Both the position numbers and the translations under genes were made by a program. From Betaproteobacteria bacterium (GTDB taxonomy: Bacteria; Pseudomonadota; Gammaproteobacteria; Burkholderiales; SG8-39): 64,000 nucleotides of DNA. The stretch spans positions 25 to 64,024 of the forward strand of contig JACPYS010000064.1 in NCBI GenBank assembly GCA_016195915.1. The letters are read 5' to 3'. The notes beneath the pieces are model-generated. The model was given only the letters and a program-made list of their open reading frames with translations. It was not told where the DNA came from and made no database searches. This document shows positions 18,811-30,601 of the stretch, piece after piece; the first letter of the stretch is position 1; every line of letters begins with the position of its first letter.

Positions 18811-20071
18811 ACAGACGATCGTATTGGAGCGCGAGGATGCCGCGGCGGTGGCGCTGGTCGGGCTCGACACGGCCGACGCCTACCTGGGGCGTCAGCCCAT
18901 CGTCGATCGCAAGGGCGCGCTGGTGGGCTACGAGCTGCTTTACCGCGACGTCGAAGCGCGCACCAACGATGTTGCGACCACGGCACGCGTGATCCTCAAC
19001 CTGCTGAACGGGGTCGGATACGCCGAGGCGATCGGCGAATTCCGCGCCACCATCAACGTCAATGCGGAATTCCTGTTTTCCGACATGGTCGAGGTGCTTG
19101 CGCCCGGACGCATCGTGCTCGAGATCCTCGAAACGGTGCACGCGACTCCGGACCTGTTGACACGCATCGGTTCGCTGAAGGCCTGCGGGTTTTCCTTCGC
19201 GCTCGACGACTTCACGGGAGAAACACCGCAGAACCGTGCTTTCCTCGATCTGGTCGATGTCATCAAGGTCGATATCGAACAGGTGCCGGCCGATCGCCTG
19301 CCTGCGATGGTACGCAGCCTGCAGCGCCGCAGCGCCACGCTGCTCGCCGAAAAGGTCGAGGATCCCGAAACCTTCGAGCGCTGCCTGCACGCGGGTTTCC
19401 AGCTGTTCCAGGGGTTTCATTTCGCGCGACCGCAGGTTCTCGTCGGTAAGCGGCCCGATGCGAAACGCGCCCAGGTGCTGAAGCTGCTCAAGCTCTCCAT
19501 GTCGGATGCGCCGTTGAACAAGCTCGAAGACGAGCTCAAGCGCGTGCCGGCGATTACCGTGAACCTGCTGCGCATGGTCAACAGCGCCGCCGCAGGCGTG
19601 CGCGTGCGCACCGCGTCCGTGCGCGAAGCGCTGATACGCATCGGACGGCGGCCCCTGGCCGCCTGGCTGCAGTTGCTCACCTACGGCGGTGGCGGTGCGT
19701 TGGGCGAATCGGCGTTGTTCCGCACGGCGGCAGTGCGTGCGCGGCTGATGGAACAGATCATGCGAAGCAATTCCGGCGCCGGGGAAAAGGCGGAACAGGC
19801 GTTCCTGGTCGGCGTGCTTTCGCTGATGCCGGTGGCACTCGATATGACGCCCGAGGCGCTCGCCGCCGAACTCGATCTCGAGGAGGAAGTGCGTGACGCC
19901 CTGGTGGAGTTTGTCGGCCCGCTGGGCGACCTGCTCGCGATGGTGGAATGTTTCGAGGGCGGCGGACGGGATGCGCTCGAAAAATGGGCACTGGATGGCC
20001 GTTGGCCCTCGTCGAGCGAAATCATGCGCATGGAACTGGAAGCTCAAGCCTGGGCCGGAAAGCTGGTTTAG
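18797..20071 (+). CDS. EAL-HDOD signalling protein (COG3434-like)
   Basis: 424 aa. N-terminal EAL-type domain (QPIVDRKGALVGYELLYRD, FALDDFTGE, VIKVDI). C-terminal HDOD-like region (LKRVPAITVNLLRMVNSAA...). GTG start. Confidence 0.8.
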   Translation: MNAYEQTIVLEREDAAAVALVGLDTADAYLGRQPIVDRKGALVGYELLYRDVEARTNDVATTARVILNLLNGVGYAEAIGEFRATINVNAEFLFSDMVEVLAPGRIVLEILETVHATPDLLTRIGSLKACGFSFALDDFTGETPQNRAFLDLVDVIKVDIEQVPADRLPAMVRSLQRRSATLLAEKVEDPETFERCLHAGFQLFQGFHFARPQVLVGKRPDAKRAQVLKLLKLSMSDAPLNKLEDELKRVPAITVNLLRMVNSAAAGVRVRTASVREALIRIGRRPLAAWLQLLTYGGGGALGESALFRTAAVRARLMEQIMRSNSGAGEKAEQAFLVGVLSLMPVALDMTPEALAAELDLEEEVRDALVEFVGPLGDLLAMVECFEGGGRDALEKWALDGRWPSSSEIMRMELEAQAWAGKLV

Positions 20072-20101
20072 GAAGAATCGCCGGAATGACGAATAGAAAG
20101 G

Positions 20102-20129
20102 GTACGGGGGAACCTGGGTTCCCGTGTAC
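20102..20129. promoter_or_regulatory. 28-bp imperfect palindrome with a perfect 16-bp core GGGAACCTGGGTTCCC
   Basis: gtacgggggaacc-tg-ggttcccgtgtac, with arms matching 11/13. Lies between the EAL-HDOD stop and the HDOD-REC-GGDEF start, 19 nt before the GGAGG RBS region. Confidence 0.35.
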
Positions 20130-20147
20130 CTCTAGGGGAGGACGCTG

Positions 20148-22106
20148 ATGAGCACAGTGATCGAGACGAACCCGCCGGTGTTGTTGGAGCAGGGCGGGCT
20201 GGAGGGGATCGAAGCCACCGGCTGCCTGCCATCGCCCAGCGGCGTTGCGCTCGAAATCATGCGTCTATGCCAGAGCGACGATGCCTCGCTCGAGCAGATC
20301 GCCCGGATCGCCAAGAGCGATCCGGCGCTCGCGGCGCGGCTCATCAAGGCGTCCAATGCACCGGCCCTGGCACGCAGCCGGCCGACGCTCGCGATCCGCG
20401 ACGCGCTGATGGTCCTCGGGATGCCCGTGGTGCGGCAGCTCGCGCTTGGCTTTTCCCTGGTGGCCGAGCAGGCGCGCGGCGCATGTGACGGCTTCGACTA
20501 CGGGCAGTTCTGGTCGCGTTCGCTGCTGGTCGCGCTCGCAGCGCAGGAGGTCGGGGTGCGCGTTCGCGTGATGGACCCGGAGGAACTGTTCTCCTGCGGA
20601 TTGCTCGCCGACATCGGCCGGCTCGCGCTCGCCTCGCTGTTTCCCAGAGACTATTCTCAGCTGCTGCGCGCGGCAATGCATGGCTCCGAGGCCGAGATCG
20701 CGGCGCTCGAGCGCGCGCGCTTCGCGACGGATCGCGACCAATTGACCCAGGCGCTGCTCGGTAAATGGGGGTTCCCCAAGACGCTGCTGAGCGGAATCGC
20801 CGCGCGCCGCGATCCGGGCGAACTCAACCAGGGGGAATCCGGCCGCGTGCGTCAGATCGCCGATGCATTGCGGCTTGCCGAGCGCATCGGCGATGCCTGT
20901 CTCGCGAACGAAGACGAACGGCGCTCGCAGCTTGCGCCGCTGCTGCTCGACGCCGCGCGCCTGGGGCTGGACGGCGAAGGACTCACCGCGATTTCGAAGG
21001 GTACGCTCAGGGACTGGCGCGACTGGGGCCGCTTGCTTAAGTTGCCGGCGCAGCACGGGGTCGCTGACCTCGATTTCGGCCAGCAGGAGGGCGAGAATTC
21101 CGCAGCCGAAGGCAAGGCTCCCGGCGCCGAAGCCAGTGCTCCGCTCGCGCTGCTGGTCGACGACGACGCGTCAATGCTGCCTTTTCTGTCCGCACTGGTG
21201 CGCCGCGGCGGTTTCCGCGTGAAGACCGCCTCGAACGGACGCGAGGCGCTCGACCTGGCGATGCGCCTGCGTCCGCGCATGGTGATCACCGACTGGGTGA
21301 TGCCCGAGATGGATGGCGTTGCGCTTCTGCGCGCGCTGCGGGAAACGCGCTTCGGTCGCGGCATTTACACCATCATCCTCACGGGCATGGAGGATTCGGA
21401 ACGGCTGGTGGAGGCGTTCAACGCCGGCGCCGACGACTACGTGGCCAAACCGCTGGTGCCGCGCGTATTCGAGGCGCGCCTGCGCGCCGCCCAGCGCATC
21501 GTCGGGCAGCAGGACGAACTCGGGCGCGACGTGGACGAGATCCGGCGTTTCGCAAGCGAACTGGCGGTGAACAACCGCAAGCTGCAGACCGCGGTCATGA
21601 CCGATCCGCTGACCGGGGTGCCGAACCGGCGTTATGCCATGGAGCGTGTGGAGCAGGAATGGGCCGCGGCGCGCCGCCGCGGCGGTCCGCTCGCATGCAT
21701 CGTGGTCGATGTCGACCATTTCAAGCGCATCAACGACAACCACGGGCACGATGCCGGGGATACGGTGCTGCGCAACGTCGCGCAGCGCCTGCGCTCCGGG
21801 ACCCGCCTGCAGGACGCCGTGTGCCGCATCGGCGGCGAGGAATTCCTGGTCATCTGCCCGGACACGAGCGAGGCCGATGCCTATGCTCACGCGGAGCGTC
21901 TGCGCGTGCTCGTCGCGGAGCTGCGCCACGAAGGGCTGCCCGCCACAGTGCGTCCGACCATCAGCCTGGGCGTCGCGAGCATCGTCCCCGCAGGCGGCGG
22001 CGCGGCCGAGCTGGTCAAGCTGGCCGACCGCGCGGTGTATCGTGCCAAATCCGAAGGCCGCAATCGCAGCGCGATCGTGCGCGCCGGGGATGAATTGCCG
22101 GAATGA
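20148..22106 (+). CDS. HDOD-REC-GGDEF response-regulator diguanylate cyclase
   Basis: 652 aa. HDOD (LPSPSGVALEIMRLCQSDDASLEQIARIAKSDPALAARLIKASN). Receiver (LALLVDDDASM...VITDWVMPEMDG). GGDEF with the RLQD I-site five residues before GGEEF. Confidence 0.85.
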   Translation: MSTVIETNPPVLLEQGGLEGIEATGCLPSPSGVALEIMRLCQSDDASLEQIARIAKSDPALAARLIKASNAPALARSRPTLAIRDALMVLGMPVVRQLALGFSLVAEQARGACDGFDYGQFWSRSLLVALAAQEVGVRVRVMDPEELFSCGLLADIGRLALASLFPRDYSQLLRAAMHGSEAEIAALERARFATDRDQLTQALLGKWGFPKTLLSGIAARRDPGELNQGESGRVRQIADALRLAERIGDACLANEDERRSQLAPLLLDAARLGLDGEGLTAISKGTLRDWRDWGRLLKLPAQHGVADLDFGQQEGENSAAEGKAPGAEASAPLALLVDDDASMLPFLSALVRRGGFRVKTASNGREALDLAMRLRPRMVITDWVMPEMDGVALLRALRETRFGRGIYTIILTGMEDSERLVEAFNAGADDYVAKPLVPRVFEARLRAAQRIVGQQDELGRDVDEIRRFASELAVNNRKLQTAVMTDPLTGVPNRRYAMERVEQEWAAARRRGGPLACIVVDVDHFKRINDNHGHDAGDTVLRNVAQRLRSGTRLQDAVCRIGGEEFLVICPDTSEADAYAHAERLRVLVAELRHEGLPATVRPTISLGVASIVPAGGGAAELVKLADRAVYRAKSEGRNRSAIVRAGDELPE

Positions 22107-22176
22107 AACGGCGCGTGCGAAGCGCAGGCCCGCGCGTTCAATCCGTCGCGTCAGTTGGTCGTTTCAACGGGAGTCT

Positions 22177-23967
22177 TCAGGCCGAGGCGGAGAGCCTCAA
22201 TCCATCCAGCGGCATGAGTGCATCCAGCCGCAGCGCGCGCACGATCTTCTCCTCGCCGTCTTTTTCCTCGCTGCGGCGGGTGATGAACTTCTCGGAGAAG
22301 TCTTCCACCGAAAGCGGCTTGCTGAAGTAGAAACCCTGCACGCGCTCCACGCCCTCGTCGGCCAGGAGCTTGAACTGCTCGGCGGTTTCGACGCCCTCGG
22401 CCACGGTGCCGATCTTGAGCGCGCTTGCGAGCGCGACGATGGTGCGCACGATGCTCAGGCTGTCGCCGTCGTCGGGCAGCTCCATCACGAAAGAGCGGTC
22501 GATCTTGAGCACGTCGATCGGGAAGCGGCGCAGATAGCTGAGCGAGGAATAACCCGTGCCGAAATCGTCGATGGCGATGCGCACCCCCATGCGTTTCAGG
22601 CCGCGCAGCTTGGCGATGGTGTGCTCGGCATCCTGCATCGCCACCGTCTCGGTGATTTCCACCTCCAGCAGCTCGGGGGGCAGGCCGGATTCCTCGATCG
22701 CGTTGCGCACCCGCTCGTTGATGTGCTCGTCGCGAAACTGCGCGGCCGAGAAGTTCACCGCAACCGCAAGCGGCGCCCGGCCAGCCTGCTGCCAGTGGCG
22801 CGCTTGCCGGCAGGCAGTGCGCAACACCCATTCGCCGATCTCGATGATGTATCCGGTATCGTCCGCGAGCGGGATGAACTGGTTCGGCGGCACCACCCCG
22901 AAGCGCTCATGGCGCCACCGGACAAGCGCTTCGGCCGCGCCGACGCGCTGCGAGACCACCTCGTACATGGGTTGGTAGTGCAGGAACAGCTCTTCGCGTT
23001 CCACCGCGTGGTGCAACGCGCTTTCCAGCTGGAGGCGCGTGCTTGCGCCGTGCGAGAGCTTCGGATCGAACACCTCGATGCGGTTGCGCCCGTTCTTCTT
23101 CGCCAGCGCCATCGCGCTTTCCGCGGCCCGCAGCAGCGTGCCCGCATCGCTGCCGTGTTCCGGCAGCAGCGAGCAGCCGACGCTGGCAGTGAGGAACAGC
23201 TCCTGTCCGTTCTGCTGGAACGGCACGGAGAACACGCCGAGCATGCGTTCGGCCTGCGCGCAGGCGTCCGCTCCGCCGGCCACGTTCCACAGCAGGCTGG
23301 CGAATCGGTCGCTGCCCAAACGCGCGAGGAGGTCCGATGGGCCCAGCACGGCCTCGAGGCGCTTGGCGACCTGCTTGAGCAGTGCATCGCCCGTGCCATA
23401 CCCGAACGAGTCGTTGATGCGCATGAAGCGATCGAGGTCCATGCACACCAGCGCCGCGGGACCGCTCTCGGAGACGCGCGACTGGACCTGCTGCGCGAGC
23501 AGGTTGCGGTTCGGCAACCCGGTCAGTTCATCGAACAGCGACAGCGTGCGCGCGGTGCGCTCGGCCTGTTCCTTCTCGCGGTGCAGGCGCGAATTGCGCA
23601 GTTCGCGCCGCACCACGGGAAGCAGGCGCTGGGAGTTCGACTTGTAGACGAAGTCGTCCGCTCCGCCCGTCATGGCGGCAAGGCCCTTTTCCTGGTCGTA
23701 GTGCCCCGAGTAGACGATGAACGGGACGTTGCGCCGCACTTCACGCAGCACCTCGAGCGCGCGCACCGAATCGAAGTTCGGCATCGAATGGTCGGAGATG
23801 ACGAGGTCCCAGCCCTGCTCCTGCAAGGCGAGCCGCATGTCCTGTTCGCAGTCCACGCGCCGGAAGCTCACGTTGGGAATCTCGCGCTTGAGCTGATGCG
23901 AGATCAGCATGCCGTCGTCTTCGGAATCGTCGACAATCAGGATTCGCGTCGGTTCACAGGTATCCAT
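22177..23967 (-). CDS. REC-GGDEF(degenerate)-EAL response regulator, likely c-di-GMP phosphodiesterase
   Basis: 596 aa. Receiver (RILIVDDSEDDGML...VISDHSMPNFDS). The GGDEF position reads GSDRF. EAL motifs are intact (EALVRWRH, DDFGTGYSSLSYL, KIDRSF). Confidence 0.85.
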   Translation of the reverse strand: MDTCEPTRILIVDDSEDDGMLISHQLKREIPNVSFRRVDCEQDMRLALQEQGWDLVISDHSMPNFDSVRALEVLREVRRNVPFIVYSGHYDQEKGLAAMTGGADDFVYKSNSQRLLPVVRRELRNSRLHREKEQAERTARTLSLFDELTGLPNRNLLAQQVQSRVSESGPAALVCMDLDRFMRINDSFGYGTGDALLKQVAKRLEAVLGPSDLLARLGSDRFASLLWNVAGGADACAQAERMLGVFSVPFQQNGQELFLTASVGCSLLPEHGSDAGTLLRAAESAMALAKKNGRNRIEVFDPKLSHGASTRLQLESALHHAVEREELFLHYQPMYEVVSQRVGAAEALVRWRHERFGVVPPNQFIPLADDTGYIIEIGEWVLRTACRQARHWQQAGRAPLAVAVNFSAAQFRDEHINERVRNAIEESGLPPELLEVEITETVAMQDAEHTIAKLRGLKRMGVRIAIDDFGTGYSSLSYLRRFPIDVLKIDRSFVMELPDDGDSLSIVRTIVALASALKIGTVAEGVETAEQFKLLADEGVERVQGFYFSKPLSVEDFSEKFITRRSEEKDGEEKIVRALRLDALMPLDGLRLSASA

Positions 23968-24066
23968 TGCATTATTCTCTAAGTGTCCGCCGCGTCAGGC
24001 GCCAACTGCCAGCGTAGTTCGCAATTTGCCGCTCTCGTAGCTGTTTCGGCATGCCGCGGAAAAACT

Positions 24067-27711
<3,645 letters not shown>

Positions 27712-27844
27712 GAAACTCTCCCCAGCATTCGTTACCCGCTGTTACGGCATTGCGGCGTATAACTTGAGGGTGCGGGAATTTCGTGACGTGGATCAAGTAC
27801 CTGCACGCGTTGGCGTCTAGAATCGCCCGCTAAAGGCGAGAGCA

Positions 27845-29962
27845 TTGAAATCCGACAGCGATAATAGGGAGCTTCGCGAAGGATCGCCGTGGCAAGGCGG
27901 CGAAGGTGAATCCTTCGTAGCGGCCCGCCTGACCGGGATCACCCAGGTCGTTCTGGGTCTCGCCATTGCGACGGCAATTGTCTTCCTCGCGGCCAGCGTG
28001 TTCGTCGAAGGACGGCTTACGCAGCCGCTCTGGGCGGTCGTGGCCGCGCTCCCGGCGTTCTTCGTACTGCTGGCGCTGGTCAAACGCGGATACGCCCGTT
28101 GGGCCGCGATCGGCACGGTCGTAGTGCTCTATCTGATCATGATCGCCGTGGTGCTTTCGCGCGGAACGGTGCGGGTTCCCGCAACAGCGTTTGTCATCGT
28201 CGCGACGGCCCTGTCCGGTCTGGTGCTGAGCCGCAACAGCATGTACCTGACGCTGGCCAGCGGCATACTCGCTATCGGCGGCCTGGCTCTCGCCGAGTCC
28301 GTCGGCCTGCTGAGTCTTTCTGAGCCGATCCCCCTGCTGCCTTACTGGGTCGCGATCTCGGCACTCGCCCTGACGACTGGCCTGATCATCTCTTACGGCA
28401 GGGACATTGCCGAGGACGCGCTCGGGCGCGCCGCCGAGGAAATTGCCGAACGGCGCAGCGCCGAATGGTCGCTGCGGAAATCGGAGGCGCGCTTTCGCAG
28501 CCTGAATGAGATGTCCTCCGATTTTTACTGGGAGAGCGATGCCGGGCATCGCATTACGCGCCGCGGCCTCGAGGGCACGCACAACCGGGTATCTTTGTTC
28601 CGGCGCAGTGCCCAGCTGGGCGAGCGCCGGTGGGAGGTACCGTACCTGTCACCCGACGCGGCGGGCTGGGAAGCTCACCGCGCCACACTCGATGCGCACC
28701 AGCCATTCCGCGATTTCCAGCTTTCGCGTCCCGGCAGCGACGGCCGCGAGCACTTTGTGACCATCAGCGGCGAGCCCCTGTTCGACGCATCGGGGGCCTT
28801 CACGGGTTACCGGGGCGTAGGCACCGACATCACCGAACGCAAACGGGCCGAAAAGGCCATGCGGGACGGCGAGCACCGGTACCGGACCATGTTCAACAGC
28901 GCGCCGATGGGCGTATGGTTGATCGGTCCGGACCGGCGCACCGTGGAGGTCAACCACCGGTTCTGCGACCTGCTCGGCTATCTGCCTGAGGAGATACTTG
29001 GGAAGGAGCCCACGGATTTTGCCGATGACGAAAACCGGAAGATCTTCGAGGCTGCCGCGCGCCTGATACCCAACCGGCGCAAGCGCAACTACGAAGTCGC
29101 ATTGCGCCACCGCGACGGGCACAACATCCCGACCGAGTTGCACGCGACCAATCTGTTCAACGAAGACGGATCGCTCATGGCGGTGCTCGCTTTCGTGACC
29201 GAGCTCACCGAGCGCAAGCGTCAGGAGGAGGAACTGCGCCGGCTGAATGATGAACTCGAGCAGCGCGTGGCGGCGCGCACCCACGACCTGGAGATCGCCA
29301 ATCGCGAACTGGAGTCCTTCTCCTATTCCGTCTCTCACGACCTGCGCGCGCCGCTGCGCGCCATCGACGGGTTCTGCAAAATTCTGCTGGAGGAGCACAC
29401 CGGGCAACTCGATGCGCAGGGCAGGCGCTTCCTCGGCCGGGTGTCCGACGGCGCGGTGAAAATGGCGGAGCTGATCGACAGCCTGCTCAAGCTGTCGCGC
29501 ATCTCGCGGCAGGAAATGCAGATCACCCGCGTCGACTTGTCGGCGCTGGTGCGCGAGATCGCAGACGACCTCGCGGCGAACAGCCCCGTGCGCGCGGTCG
29601 AATGGGTGGTCGCACCCGAGGTGCAGGCGGAGGGTGACCGGGACCTGCTCAAGGTCGCATTGCGCAATCTGATCAGCAATGCGTGGAAGTACACGTCGAA
29701 GCTCGAACGCACGCGCATCGAGTTCGGCCTGGACGAGCGCAACGGCCATGCGGCCTATTTCGTTCGCGACAACGGCGCGGGATTCGACATGGCCTACGCC
29801 TCGAAGCTGTTCGGCGCGTTCCAGCGGCTGCATTCGCCTTCGGAATTCCCGGGCACGGGAATCGGGCTCGCGACGGTGGCGCGCATCGTCCATCGCCACG
29901 GCGGCGAGGTGTGGGGCGAAGCAAGGGTGGGCGAGGGCGCAACGTTCTACTTCACGGTTTGA
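27845..29962 (+). CDS. Polytopic membrane PAS sensor histidine kinase
   Basis: 705 aa. About 6 hydrophobic N-terminal segments, two PAS units, H-box FSYSVSHDLRAPLRAIDGF, ATPase GTGIGLATVARIVHRHGG. The annotated start is TTG, so the true start is uncertain. Confidence 0.8.
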   Translation: MKSDSDNRELREGSPWQGGEGESFVAARLTGITQVVLGLAIATAIVFLAASVFVEGRLTQPLWAVVAALPAFFVLLALVKRGYARWAAIGTVVVLYLIMIAVVLSRGTVRVPATAFVIVATALSGLVLSRNSMYLTLASGILAIGGLALAESVGLLSLSEPIPLLPYWVAISALALTTGLIISYGRDIAEDALGRAAEEIAERRSAEWSLRKSEARFRSLNEMSSDFYWESDAGHRITRRGLEGTHNRVSLFRRSAQLGERRWEVPYLSPDAAGWEAHRATLDAHQPFRDFQLSRPGSDGREHFVTISGEPLFDASGAFTGYRGVGTDITERKRAEKAMRDGEHRYRTMFNSAPMGVWLIGPDRRTVEVNHRFCDLLGYLPEEILGKEPTDFADDENRKIFEAAARLIPNRRKRNYEVALRHRDGHNIPTELHATNLFNEDGSLMAVLAFVTELTERKRQEEELRRLNDELEQRVAARTHDLEIANRELESFSYSVSHDLRAPLRAIDGFCKILLEEHTGQLDAQGRRFLGRVSDGAVKMAELIDSLLKLSRISRQEMQITRVDLSALVREIADDLAANSPVRAVEWVVAPEVQAEGDRDLLKVALRNLISNAWKYTSKLERTRIEFGLDERNGHAAYFVRDNGAGFDMAYASKLFGAFQRLHSPSEFPGTGIGLATVARIVHRHGGEVWGEARVGEGATFYFTV

Positions 29963-30201
29963 ACTAACGGCGGATGCCGGGAAATCTTGAGCGCGTGCCC
30001 GCGGATGCAAGGAAATGCAAACCCGCCTGCGGAATTCCTCACGATTCGCAGCGCCATGCCGAAAGATAAGGGGGGATTGCTCCGCAGACCGGACGAACTC
30101 CGCCGCCCGCGGAGGGGATACTGCTTGATCAATGTCAAACAGGGAACCGCCGCACCGCGCCAGACTTCAGACGGACCGCAGACAACGCCCAAAGACGCGA
30201 G

Positions 30202-30549
30202 ATGCCATCCAGCGAGATTCCCCGGCTGCCCGAAGCAAGCGTGCAGGAGCTGATCGACCGGCTTCCGTTTGGCGTCGCTCTGGCCGGCACGGATGGATCG
30301 ATCCGGTTTTCCAACGTATGTTTTCGGGAAAACTTCGATCCCGCTTGCCTCGATTGCGGGGGGATGGGGAGAAACTTTCGCCTTTCTCGGGATTCCTGGC
30401 ATCCGCTGCGGCTCGCCCGCCGCGACGGGCGCGAGGTCGATGCCAGGGCGCAGTCGCTCGGCATGCACGACAGCATCATCCTGGTCGTAGACGAATTCTC
30501 CGAAGCGCGATTCACCCGGGCGCTGGAGTGGAGAACGTATTCGTGCTGA
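30202..30549 (+). CDS. Hypothetical protein (possible degenerate PAS-like fragment)
   Basis: 115-aa ORF in a 640-bp gap. N-terminus ELIDRLPFGVALAGTDGSIRFSNVCF resembles the start of a PAS fold. No other support. Confidence 0.3.
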   Translation: MPSSEIPRLPEASVQELIDRLPFGVALAGTDGSIRFSNVCFRENFDPACLDCGGMGRNFRLSRDSWHPLRLARRDGREVDARAQSLGMHDSIILVVDEFSEARFTRALEWRTYSC

Positions 30550-30601
30550 CACTCGCGGCATTGCGCCTTCACGCCGCGCACGCCGCCGGATCGCCGGTGC
30601 T

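Noticed and set aside
22107-22176. Candidate bidirectional terminator between the convergent GGDEF and REC-GGDEF-EAL genes (aacggcgcg...cgcgcgtt).
   Set aside because: The stem is short and bulged, the loop is long, and there is no T/A tract on either side. The evidence is too weak to annotate.
29963-30201. Possible c-di-GMP riboswitch or other leader RNA, given the c-di-GMP-rich context (ATGCAAACCCGCC resembles part of the GEMM-I core).
   Set aside because: Only a short GCAAACC-like match is present. I could not find the paired P1/P2 helices or the second GCAAAGC element. The call is not supportable without a covariance-model scan.
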